Program-made: the position numbers and the translations under genes
Shown: positions 1 through 7,922 of the stretch, one piece after another
How the letters are laid out: each line of letters begins with the position of its first letter
Numbering within the stretch: the stretch's first letter is position 1
The notes under the pieces: model-generated
What the model was told of the DNA's origin: nothing
Database searches by the model: none
What the model saw: only the letters and a program-made list of their open reading frames with translations
IMG/VR virus record: IMGVR_UViG_2675903289_000008
From: a virus
Lineage: Duplodnaviria; Heunggongvirae; Uroviricota; Caudoviricetes
Reading direction: 5' to 3' (one strand)
Length of the DNA stretch: 19,969 bases

Positions 1-7
1 GATCTTT

Positions 8-247
8 ATGGCGCTGATGCGCAAAACCTTTGTCCCCCGCGAGGCCTTTGAAAAACTCTCCGACCGGGTTGAGCGGGTGGAGAGCCGGATTTCCGGCCTG
101 CCCACGCAGCAGGAGGTGAACAGACTCAATATCGAAATCACCACCCTGCGCGGTGAGCTTAAGGCCACCAATGCCACCCTGAAATCCGTCTCCCACCAGA
201 ACGAACTGCTGCTGGAGCAGGCTGTAAGGAAAAAACACAATGAGTGA
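8..247 (+). CDS. hypothetical small coiled-coil protein; may be 5'-truncated by the window edge
   Basis: 79-aa ORF rich in E/R/L/K with heptad-like pattern; its frame stays open back to position 2; stop overlaps next start (ATGAGTGA). Confidence 0.45.
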   Translation: MALMRKTFVPREAFEKLSDRVERVESRISGLPTQQEVNRLNIEITTLRGELKATNATLKSVSHQNELLLEQAVRKKHNE

Positions 248-530
248 TTTCATTACTGAAGATCAGCGTCTTGTCATTCTGCGGTCGCTGGCGGATTACA
301 ACGGCGAACTGGGCGAATCCGTGCTTCAGGACTGCCTGGATGATTACGGCCACCGCGTGTCCCGCGACACCGTTCACACCCACATTGCCTGGCTTGCTGA
401 GCAGGGACTGGTGCGTAAGCGCACGCTTGTTAACGGTTATTTCATCGCTGAACTGACCGGCCGGGGTCAGGATGTGGCGGAAGGTCGTGCCACTGTTCCG
501 GGTGTGAAGAAACCACGCGCAAGGGGGTAA
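240..530 (+). CDS. hypothetical protein, possibly winged-helix DNA-binding
   Basis: 96-aa ORF with enterobacterial-type codon usage, coupled to neighbours; helix-turn-helix-like stretch (VSRDTVHTHIAWLAEQGLVRKR) and basic C-terminus. Confidence 0.5.
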   Translation: MSDFITEDQRLVILRSLADYNGELGESVLQDCLDDYGHRVSRDTVHTHIAWLAEQGLVRKRTLVNGYFIAELTGRGQDVAEGRATVPGVKKPRARG

Positions 531-532
531 CG

Positions 533-1114
533 ATGGATAAGCCGACGCGTGGCCGTGTACGCAAGGTGGATTTGCTCCCCGACAGCATCCGTAAGCCGCT
601 GCTGGAAATGCTGCGTGAAAAACGCCTGACGCAGGTCCAGATCCGCGAGGAAATCAACCGTCTGATCCGTGAGGCAGGCCTGCCGGAAGAGCAGCAGCTT
701 TCACCGGCGGCCATCAGCCGGGAAGCCTCCCGTAATGAGCTGATTGCCCGTAATCTGCGTGATTTACGCGAGCAGACAAAAGCCATGATGGCCGAACTGG
801 GGGATAAGCCGACCGGTGAAACCACGGCACTGATTCTGGAGATGTCCCGTGCCCTGATGTACCGCCGTCTGCGTGCCGCCACCGAATCCCTGAACAGCGA
901 CAGCGATGTGGATATGCGCCTTATTAAGGACATCCTCCTGTCGGCACAGCGTGCGGAAAGTGCCGCCGAGCGCAGCATTAAGCGTGAAAAAGAAATCCGG
1001 GCCGCATTTGCTGAAGAGATGGCGAACGCCGTCACCGACGAGTTGCGCGGCGTGGATGGCATGAGCGAGCAGATAGAATTCCGTATCAGGCAGATGCTGC
1101 TTGGTAAGGCGTAG
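533..1114 (+). CDS. terminase small subunit (Mu gp27-like, DUF3486-type)
   Basis: 193-aa ORF directly upstream of the large terminase; N-terminal basic/HTH-like region, central coiled coil; AAGGGGG Shine-Dalgarno ahead of ATG 533. Confidence 0.7.
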   Translation: MDKPTRGRVRKVDLLPDSIRKPLLEMLREKRLTQVQIREEINRLIREAGLPEEQQLSPAAISREASRNELIARNLRDLREQTKAMMAELGDKPTGETTALILEMSRALMYRRLRAATESLNSDSDVDMRLIKDILLSAQRAESAAERSIKREKEIRAAFAEEMANAVTDELRGVDGMSEQIEFRIRQMLLGKA

Positions 1115-1124
1115 GAGGTGAATC

Positions 1125-1373
1125 GTGGTAACAGATAACCGCTCACTGATGAGTAGTGCTCATCAGAAGGCATTCAGTCTTGCAACACAGTTACCTCCTG
1201 AAACCATAAAAGCGTGTCGTGAGTTGACTGAACTCAGCATTGCCGGGGAAATATCCCTGGAACAACTGCATTCGCTGCTGGCAGGGGCTGTCACTGATGA
1301 GTTGAGTGGCGTGGACGTGATGACTGAAGAGCTTGAGTTCCGAATCAAAAGCATTCTGACAGGTAAAGCCTGA
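1125..1373 (+). CDS. small protein whose C-terminal ~30 aa copy the small-terminase C-terminal tail
   Basis: 82-aa ORF with GTG start 6 nt after AGGAGG (1113-1118); TGATG overlap with large terminase start. C-terminus AVTDELSGVDVMTEELEFRIKSILTGKA parallels small-terminase AVTDELRGVDGMSEQIEFRIRQMLLGKA. Confidence 0.55.
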   Translation: MVTDNRSLMSSAHQKAFSLATQLPPETIKACRELTELSIAGEISLEQLHSLLAGAVTDELSGVDVMTEELEFRIKSILTGKA

Positions 1374-3037
1374 TGAACAAAGCCAAAGAAAAGTCTCCTT
1401 CACTGATACAAATGACACCTCCCCGCAAAATTGATCTGTCCGGTGAAAAAGCCCTGCTGGGCGTGGATGTGCCGGACAGCCTTGATTTGCCCGGTGATAT
1501 GCCGGTGTTTCTGGATTATCAGGCCCGCTGGTTTGCAGATGAAAGTCAGGTCTGCATCGCGGAGAAATCCCGACGCACCGGGCTTACCTGGGCGGAAGCC
1601 GGGCGTAACGTCATTACCGCCGCAAAGCCTAAGCGTCGTGGTGGCCGTAATGTGTTTTATGTGGGGTCAAAACAGGAGATGGCGCTGGAATATATTTCTG
1701 CCTGCGCGCTGTTCTCCCGTGCCTTTAACCAGCTGGCAGATGCTGATGTGTATGAGCAGACATTCTGGGATCGGGATAAAAAAGAAGAAATTCTGACCTA
1801 CATGATCCGCTTTCCGAACAGTGGATTCAAAATTCAGGCATTGTCTTCCCGTCCGTCAAACCTGCGCGGTCTTCAGGGGGATGTGGTGATTGATGAAGCC
1901 GCGTTCCACGAGTCACTGGATGAGCTTCTCAAGGCGGCAATGGCGCTCACTATGTGGGGCGCACGCGTGCGCATTATTTCCACGCATAACGGCGTCGATA
2001 ATCTGTTTAATCAGTACATTCAGGAAGCCCGCGAGGGGCGCAAGGATTACAGCGTCCACCGCATAACCCTGGATGATGCCATTGCGGACGGGCTGTACCG
2101 TCGTATCTGTTACGTCACCGATCAGGAATGGTCACCGGAAAGCGAGCAGAAATGGCGTGATGATCTCTACAAAAACGCCCCGACCCGTGAGGATGCCGAC
2201 GAGGAATACGGCTGTATCCCGAAAAAATCCGGCGGTGCCTATATTCCTCACGCGCTTATTGAAATGGCGATGATTCGTGACATCCCGATTCTGACGTTTG
2301 AAGCCCCGGACGACTTCATCAGCCGTGCCGCATGGCTGCGTGAATCGGAAGTTTTAACCTGGTGTGAAGAACATTTAAAACCGCTTACAGAGAAATTAAA
2401 TCCCCGTTCCCGCTTCAGCTTCGGGGAAGACTTTGCCCGCACCGGTGACCTGTCCTGCTTTGTGCTGCTGGAAATCACCGAACTCCTGGCAAAGCGCGAG
2501 GTGTTTCGCGTGGAGCTGCGCAACCTGCCGTATGCCCAGCAGGAACAGGTGATGATGTACATCCTGACCCGCGTTCCGGCGCTGGTCGGTGCGGCGTTCG
2601 ACGCCACCGGTAACGGCGGCTATCTGGCAGAGGCCGCACTGCTGGCCTTTGGCCCGGACATCATCGACTGCGTGATGTTGTCGCCGAAGTGGTACGGCGA
2701 GTGGATGCCAAAACTGAAAGCCGAGTTTGAAGATCAGAATATCCTCGTCGCCCGCCATCAGACCACGCTTGATGATTTGCGCCATGTGAAGGTGGTGAAT
2801 GGTATCCCGCAAATCGACAAGGGGCGCACGAAGGACCAGAACGCAACGGCTGCGAACGCCCGCCGCCATGGTGATTTTGCCGTGGCACTCTGTATGGCAA
2901 ACCGGGCGTCATACATGGAGGGTTTCATCCTGGATGAATCAGCCTGTCAGGCGCTGCCGGAGCGGTCGCGGGCAATGGAGGGCGGTTATCGTGATGACGA
3001 TGAGGCATATCATGAATTTGATCGGGGGTGCTGGTAG
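1373..3037 (+). CDS. terminase large subunit (Mu gp28-like)
   Basis: 554-aa ORF; position after small terminase and before portal; acidic ATPase-like stretch (VVIDEAAF) and C-terminal nuclease-like region; coherent codon usage. Confidence 0.85.
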   Translation: MNKAKEKSPSLIQMTPPRKIDLSGEKALLGVDVPDSLDLPGDMPVFLDYQARWFADESQVCIAEKSRRTGLTWAEAGRNVITAAKPKRRGGRNVFYVGSKQEMALEYISACALFSRAFNQLADADVYEQTFWDRDKKEEILTYMIRFPNSGFKIQALSSRPSNLRGLQGDVVIDEAAFHESLDELLKAAMALTMWGARVRIISTHNGVDNLFNQYIQEAREGRKDYSVHRITLDDAIADGLYRRICYVTDQEWSPESEQKWRDDLYKNAPTREDADEEYGCIPKKSGGAYIPHALIEMAMIRDIPILTFEAPDDFISRAAWLRESEVLTWCEEHLKPLTEKLNPRSRFSFGEDFARTGDLSCFVLLEITELLAKREVFRVELRNLPYAQQEQVMMYILTRVPALVGAAFDATGNGGYLAEAALLAFGPDIIDCVMLSPKWYGEWMPKLKAEFEDQNILVARHQTTLDDLRHVKVVNGIPQIDKGRTKDQNATAANARRHGDFAVALCMANRASYMEGFILDESACQALPERSRAMEGGYRDDDEAYHEFDRGCW

Positions 3038-4626
3038 TGGGACGCATAATTGATCTTGACGGAAAACCTTTCTCCTTTGACCCGGAGATGCAAAGTACCG
3101 CGCTGGATATTCCGCAGATTGCCAGCCGTTATGTTGAGCATCCCGCCTCGGGTATCACCCCGAACCGGGCGGCGCAGTGCCTTCGCGGGGCTGAACGTGG
3201 CGATCTGATTGCCCAGTCCGATCTGGCGGCTGACATTGAAGAAAAGGACACCCACCTTTTTGCGGAGCTGGGCAAGCGACGTCTTGCCATTCAGGGGGTG
3301 CCATGGAGCATTGAGCCGCCACCGAACGCCAGCGCGAATGAGAAAAAGGACGCGGAAATGCTCGACGAATATCTGCATTCCGCAGACTGGTTTGATGCCA
3401 TGCTGTTTGACGCCACGGATGCCATCCTGAAGGGCTATTCCTGCATGGAAATTGAGCACGGGATGCTCGGTAAAATGCACATCATCCGCGCCATCCGCTG
3501 GCGTGACAGCGGGCATTTCTGCCTTAACCCGGATGATTTGAGCGAACTGCGGCTGCGTGACGGCAGCCATGCCGGGGTGGCGTTTCAGCCCTTTGGCTGG
3601 ATAGTGCATCAGTCGCGTTCACGCACCGGCTACGGTGGTGCGACGGGGCTTGTCAGAACGCTTATCTGGCCGTTCATTTTCAAAAACTATTCCGTGCGCG
3701 ATCTGGCGGAATTTCTGGAGGTGTACGGCCTGCCAATGAAGGTCGGGAAATACCCGTCCGGGGCAACACCGGAGCAGAAAAGTGCCCTGATGCGGGCGGT
3801 GATGGATATCGGGCGACGTACAGGCGGGATCATCCCGGCCGGGATGTCGCTGGAGTTTCAGGCGGCAGCGAACGGTCAGGCCGATCCGTTTGAAACCATG
3901 ATTTCGTGGGGTGAGCGTTCCATCTCCAAAGCAATACTCGGCGGCACGCTGACCACGGAAGCCGGAGACAAAGGCGCGCGCTCGCTGGGTGAGGTGCATA
4001 ACGAGGTGCGCCGGGAAATCAGGGATTCTGATTTACGCCAGCTGGCTGCAACCCTGAACCGCGATCTGGTGTATCCGCTGTATGCCCTGAACACCGCCCA
4101 CGCCATTGATATCCGTCGCCTGCCGCGTATCTGTTTCCAGACCAAAGAACCGGGGGATATCACCAAAATAGCCAGTGCGGTGATGCAACTCAGTGCGGGG
4201 ATGGATATTCCTGATCCCTGGGTACGGGAGCAGACCGGTATTCCACAGCCCACGCCCGGTGAAGCCATATTCCGTGTCCGTCAGAGCAGTAATGAACCGG
4301 CCATGCCTGACAGGGAAACGCTACCGGAAAAACAGGAAAAGACAGAACAGACGGCGCTTTCAGCCCGACTGCCGGAAGCGAAAAACACGCCGCGTGATGA
4401 ACTGGACGACATGGGGGACGCGGTGCCTGCCCGCCGCTTACAGGAGGCCATCGATCCGGTGCTGGAGCCGGTCATTGATGTCATCAGAACGCGGGGGCTG
4501 GCGGAGGCACTGGCAGACCTGCCTGCCCTTTACCGTGAAATGGATGATTCCCGCCTGATGACGCTGCTCAGTGATGCCATGTTTGCTGCGGAAATGAAGG
4601 GGATGCTGGATGGCTCAGGGGATTGA
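3037..4626 (+). CDS. portal protein (Mu gp29/H-like, DUF935-type)
   Basis: About 530-aa ORF after the terminase. GTG at 3037 sits 9 nt after a GGGGG run and overlaps the terminase stop (TAGTG); the ORF track start at GTG 3028 is the alternative. Confidence 0.8.
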   Translation: MGRIIDLDGKPFSFDPEMQSTALDIPQIASRYVEHPASGITPNRAAQCLRGAERGDLIAQSDLAADIEEKDTHLFAELGKRRLAIQGVPWSIEPPPNASANEKKDAEMLDEYLHSADWFDAMLFDATDAILKGYSCMEIEHGMLGKMHIIRAIRWRDSGHFCLNPDDLSELRLRDGSHAGVAFQPFGWIVHQSRSRTGYGGATGLVRTLIWPFIFKNYSVRDLAEFLEVYGLPMKVGKYPSGATPEQKSALMRAVMDIGRRTGGIIPAGMSLEFQAAANGQADPFETMISWGERSISKAILGGTLTTEAGDKGARSLGEVHNEVRREIRDSDLRQLAATLNRDLVYPLYALNTAHAIDIRRLPRICFQTKEPGDITKIASAVMQLSAGMDIPDPWVREQTGIPQPTPGEAIFRVRQSSNEPAMPDRETLPEKQEKTEQTALSARLPEAKNTPRDELDDMGDAVPARRLQEAIDPVLEPVIDVIRTRGLAEALADLPALYREMDDSRLMTLLSDAMFAAEMKGMLDGSGD

Positions 4627-5941
4627 TTTAGGTTATGCCGCCACGCTTCCCTCAAAAGAGACGGTGGCATACTTCCGCGCCAAAGGGGCGCATATCAGCT
4701 GGAACTGGTTCGAAACAGACGCGGATGTTCATGCCCGCTCATTCACGGCAGCAAAAACGGCACGGCTGGATGTGGTAACCACATTACAGGCCGAAGTGCA
4801 GCGGGCCATTGATGAGGGGATTTCACAGAAAGAATTTATCCGCACACTGACGCCACGCCTGCAAAAGCTGGGATGGTGGGGAAAGCAGATTGTGGTGGAC
4901 AGCGACGGTAACGCGGAAGAAGTGCAGCTGGGCAGTCCCCGTCGTCTGGCGCTGATTTACAACGTGAACACCCGTGTGGCTTACAATGCCGGGCGTTACA
5001 CGCAGATGATGAACAACACGGACACGCATCCGTTCTGGCAGTATGTGGCGGTCATGGACAGCCGTACCCGCCCGTCGCATTCCGCCCTTAACGGTCTGGT
5101 ATTCCGCTATGACGATCCGTTCTGGAAAACACACTACCCACCTAATGGCTGGAACTGCCGCTGCCGTGTGCGGCCATTGTCTCAGGCTCGTCTGGATGCA
5201 ATGGGGTTATCCGTTTCATCCGGTGAGGATCATCTCTCCACCCGCAATGTTGAGGCTGGCGTGGATAAACAGACCGGAGAAGTCAGAGAAATGCCGGTGA
5301 CCACATATTCAGATGGCACCAGAACCATGACACCGGATGTGGGCTGGTCATATAACCCCGGCTCGGCAGCGTTCGGCACAGACCAGGCGCTGATCCGCAA
5401 ACTGATCGAGGTGAAAAGCCCGGCGTTACGGGAAATGGTGGTTCAGGAGATGAACAACAGCCCGGAGCGGCAGCTGGCGTTCCGCATCTGGGCAAAAAAC
5501 ATCATGCAGACCCGGCGAGGTGGTAACGATATCCGCACGCTGGGCTTTATGACTGAAAGCATTGCGCAGGCAGTGGAAAGCCGGACGGGAACGCCACCGG
5601 CCCGCCTGCTGGCGATGAGCGGTAAAAATGTGCTCCATGCAGACAGTGTGAAACATCAGAATGACGGCATCGCCCTGATGCCAGAGGACTTCGGGCGCTT
5701 ACCGGCAATGCTGGCAAAGCCAAAAGCGGTGCTGTGGGACAAACGGCACAAAAATCTGATGTATATCGTGGAAAATAAGGATGGCAGTGTGCAGATTGCC
5801 GTTAATGCACCGTACAGTCTGAAACGTCAGCCCGACAAACTGGATGTGATTGTGAATGCTTACCGGGTTATCAATATGGATAAGCTGAAATCGGATATCC
5901 GGGGCGGAATGCTTGAGGTGCTGGAAGGACAAATTGATTAA
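4610..5941 (+). CDS. MuF-like head morphogenesis protein (Mu gp30/F, SPP1 gp7 family)
   Basis: 443-aa ORF with the MuF-type motif region (DSRTRPSHSALNGLVFRYDDPFW...PPNGWNCRCRVRP); follows the portal as in Mu. Confidence 0.85.
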   Translation: MAQGIDLGYAATLPSKETVAYFRAKGAHISWNWFETDADVHARSFTAAKTARLDVVTTLQAEVQRAIDEGISQKEFIRTLTPRLQKLGWWGKQIVVDSDGNAEEVQLGSPRRLALIYNVNTRVAYNAGRYTQMMNNTDTHPFWQYVAVMDSRTRPSHSALNGLVFRYDDPFWKTHYPPNGWNCRCRVRPLSQARLDAMGLSVSSGEDHLSTRNVEAGVDKQTGEVREMPVTTYSDGTRTMTPDVGWSYNPGSAAFGTDQALIRKLIEVKSPALREMVVQEMNNSPERQLAFRIWAKNIMQTRRGGNDIRTLGFMTESIAQAVESRTGTPPARLLAMSGKNVLHADSVKHQNDGIALMPEDFGRLPAMLAKPKAVLWDKRHKNLMYIVENKDGSVQIAVNAPYSLKRQPDKLDVIVNAYRVINMDKLKSDIRGGMLEVLEGQID

Positions 5942-6026
5942 CGGTCAGTGGCGGGGGTCGAACCCGCATACATGATCCACCCGGAGGCAGGCACCGACTT
6001 TACCAGTTAAGCGTACACTGACCGCC
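5942..6026 (-). other. tRNA-like structured element or tRNA remnant (minus strand); also a 9-bp inverted repeat on the + strand
   Basis: Minus strand reads GTCAGTG-TA-...CTGG...-GCGGG-TTCGACC-CCCGC-CACTGAC: 7-bp acceptor-like pairing, U8A9-like TA, D-loop GG, canonical T-arm. No anticodon stem could be folded and there is no CCA. Confidence 0.3.
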
Positions 6027-6062
6027 TGTTTATTTTATATTCATCCTTTATGCGGAGGCAAT

Positions 6063-6542
6063 ATGTCATCCATTGATGCCGCTGTCGTTGTTGACGTTAC
6101 GCGTCTCCAGCGGGTGTTTGCCCGGCTTCAGTTTGTGGGCGGCGGAAAAGACCTGGCCCGCAGTGTGGCGGAGAGTCTNNNNNNNNNNNNNNNNTCAGAA
6201 ATGGCGTTTGAACAGGAAAAAGAGCCGGACGGCGAACGCTGGCATGACTGGTCAGATCCTTACCGCAAGTGGCGTACCCGTAAGGGATACACGCCCGGCA
6301 AAATCCTGACACTGAACGGCGATCTGGCCCGCCGCCTGACCACGGATTATGGCGATACCTGGGCGCTGATTGGATCAAATGAACCTTATGCGGCCATTCA
6401 TCAGTGGGGTGGCCTGCCTGGTATGCCACCGGGACCGGCGGCCATTGGCGCACGTCCGTATATGGGCTTTGATCAGGTGGCAGAACAGGAGATCATGGAC
6501 GAAATCAGAAAACGCTTTAAAAAGGCCACAGAAACGCCGTAA
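6063..6542 (+). CDS. virion morphogenesis protein (Mu G-like)
   Basis: 159-aa ORF with GGAGG Shine-Dalgarno ahead of ATG 6063; sits between MuF and protease/scaffold as in Mu; reads in frame across the 16-nt N-run 6179-6194. Confidence 0.7.
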   Translation: MSSIDAAVVVDVTRLQRVFARLQFVGGGKDLARSVAESXXXXXXSEMAFEQEKEPDGERWHDWSDPYRKWRTRKGYTPGKILTLNGDLARRLTTDYGDTWALIGSNEPYAAIHQWGGLPGMPPGPAAIGARPYMGFDQVAEQEIMDEIRKRFKKATETP

Positions 6543-6719
6543 TGGTTTAAGGTATGCAAACGTATTACCTTACCCCCTTCAGGCGCGTGTCGTGATTTTC
6601 TAACCTGTATTTAACGGGCTTTAAAATCTGCGTGAAGCGCCTTTCTCATTTTTCCCCTGTCAGCACTTTCTGAAGTCCCGCAAAACCGGCCCCGAAAAAC
6701 ACCGGCTTATGCTGCCGGA
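6543..6719. promoter_or_regulatory. long G-I intergenic region: candidate strong gyrase site and/or late promoter
   Basis: 177 nt non-coding gap in an otherwise overlapping operon; TAAAAT -10-like hexamer at 6622-6627; hairpin CCGGC-N7-GCCGG (6702-6718) abuts the I start codon. Positional equivalent of the Mu G-I interval. Confidence 0.35.
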
Positions 6720-7922
6720 ATGAAGACGAAAAACACGCCCAAACTTGCTTATGCCATTCTGAATGCCATCAGCCTGTCCGCAGACGGGGACGGTGACTGG
6801 TGTCAGATCATGCCAGCCGGTCGGGTAAAGGCCCGTGACGGTCGCCCGGAAAAACCGGCGGAAGGCTGGCTGATTAACCATGCGGCCGTTGAGCGCATGG
6901 TATCCCGGGTTGTGGCGCTCAATCAGCCGGTAAAAATTGACTACAACCACCAGACCCTGATTAAGGGGCATCCGGCACCGGCTGCCGGTTTTGTCATGGC
7001 CTCACCGGAAAACTTCCGCTTCAGTGAAGAGCGGGGTTTTGAAGTGCGTCCGGACTGGAACCCTCCGGCCATTGAACACCTGCGCAATAACGAATTTCCC
7101 TGGTTTTCCCCGGTGATTGGTTATGACGAAATCACCGGTGAACCTGTTGAGCTTCGGATGCTGGCTATTACCGGTGACCCCGGTCTGACTGGCATGAATC
7201 CTGTCGCCGCACTGTCGGCGGATGACCTTTATAACGCCTTAAACCCTCCTTTAAAGGACACCTCCATGAATGAGCAATTACGCCAGTTGCTGACGGCGCT
7301 CGGTCTGACCGTGGCCGACGGTGACGAATTTACACCGGAACTGGGCACGGCGGCGCTGTCTGCCCTTACCGGGATCAAAACCCGTGCGGATGCGCACGAC
7401 ACCCTGAAAACGCAGGTTGCCAGCCTGTCGGCAGAGCTGGAAACCGCAAAAGGCACACCAACTGGCGGCACTATTGATCTGACGAAATACGTGCCCGTTG
7501 AGACGTATAACGNNNNNNNNNNNNNNNNNNNNNNNNNNNNNNNNNNNNNNNNNNNNNNNNNNNNNNNNNNNNNNNNNNNNNNNNNNNNNNNNNNNNNNNN
7601 NNNNNNNNNNNNNNNNNNNNNNNNNNNNNNNNNNNNNNNNNNNNNNNNNNNNNNNNNNNNNNNNNNNNNNNNNNNNNNNNNNNNNNNNNNNNNNNNNNNN
7701 NNNNNNNNNNNNNNNNNNNNNNNNNNNNNNNNNNNNNNNNNNNNNNNNNNNNNNNNNNNNNNNNNNNNNNNNNNNNNNNNNNNNNNNNNNNNNNNNNNNN
7801 NNNNNNNNNNNNNNNNNNNNNNNNNNNNNNNNNNNNNNNNGTCGGCTGAAGATATCGCCGCCGCCCATCTGCTGGGTAAAACCGAAGCCGAGTTCCTGAA
7901 AATGAAAGAGGAAATGCAATAA
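6720..7922 (+). CDS. head maturation protease/scaffold (Mu I-like)
   Basis: 400-aa ORF directly upstream of the major head gene (TAATG overlap); N-terminal protease-like region, A/L/T-rich helical C-terminal half; contains N-run 7513-7840. Confidence 0.8.
   Translation: MKTKNTPKLAYAILNAISLSADGDGDWCQIMPAGRVKARDGRPEKPAEGWLINHAAVERMVSRVVALNQPVKIDYNHQTLIKGHPAPAAGFVMASPENFRFSEERGFEVRPDWNPPAIEHLRNNEFPWFSPVIGYDEITGEPVELRMLAITGDPGLTGMNPVAALSADDLYNALNPPLKDTSMNEQLRQLLTALGLTVADGDEFTPELGTAALSALTGIKTRADAHDTLKTQVASLSAELETAKGTPTGGTIDLTKYVPVETYNXXXXXXXXXXXXXXXXXXXXXXXXXXXXXXXXXXXXXXXXXXXXXXXXXXXXXXXXXXXXXXXXXXXXXXXXXXXXXXXXXXXXXXXXXXXXXXXXXXXXXXXXXXXXXXSAEDIAAAHLLGKTEAEFLKMKEEMQ
7266..7922 (+). CDS. candidate nested scaffold protein (Mu Z-like) from an in-frame internal start
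   Basis: In-frame ATG at 7266 preceded by AAGGA; downstream sequence (MNEQLRQLLTALGL...) is helical and scaffold-like; Mu makes Z from inside I in the same frame. Confidence 0.35.
   Translation: MNEQLRQLLTALGLTVADGDEFTPELGTAALSALTGIKTRADAHDTLKTQVASLSAELETAKGTPTGGTIDLTKYVPVETYNXXXXXXXXXXXXXXXXXXXXXXXXXXXXXXXXXXXXXXXXXXXXXXXXXXXXXXXXXXXXXXXXXXXXXXXXXXXXXXXXXXXXXXXXXXXXXXXXXXXXXXXXXXXXXXSAEDIAAAHLLGKTEAEFLKMKEEMQ

Noticed and set aside
442-1173. 243-aa minus-strand ORF antisense to the small terminase
   Set aside because: Ser/Arg/Ala-rich low-complexity translation typical of the antisense of a GC-rich gene; no Shine-Dalgarno; it overlaps a well-supported + strand gene.
1431-1796. 121-aa Cys/Trp-rich + strand ORF inside the large terminase gene
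   Set aside because: Out-of-frame overlap with a strongly supported gene; composition atypical for a real protein here.
5942-6026. A functional, complete tRNA gene
   Set aside because: Acceptor and T-arm are convincing, but no 5-bp anticodon stem with a 7-nt loop can be formed and there is no CCA, so only tRNA-like element or remnant is supportable.
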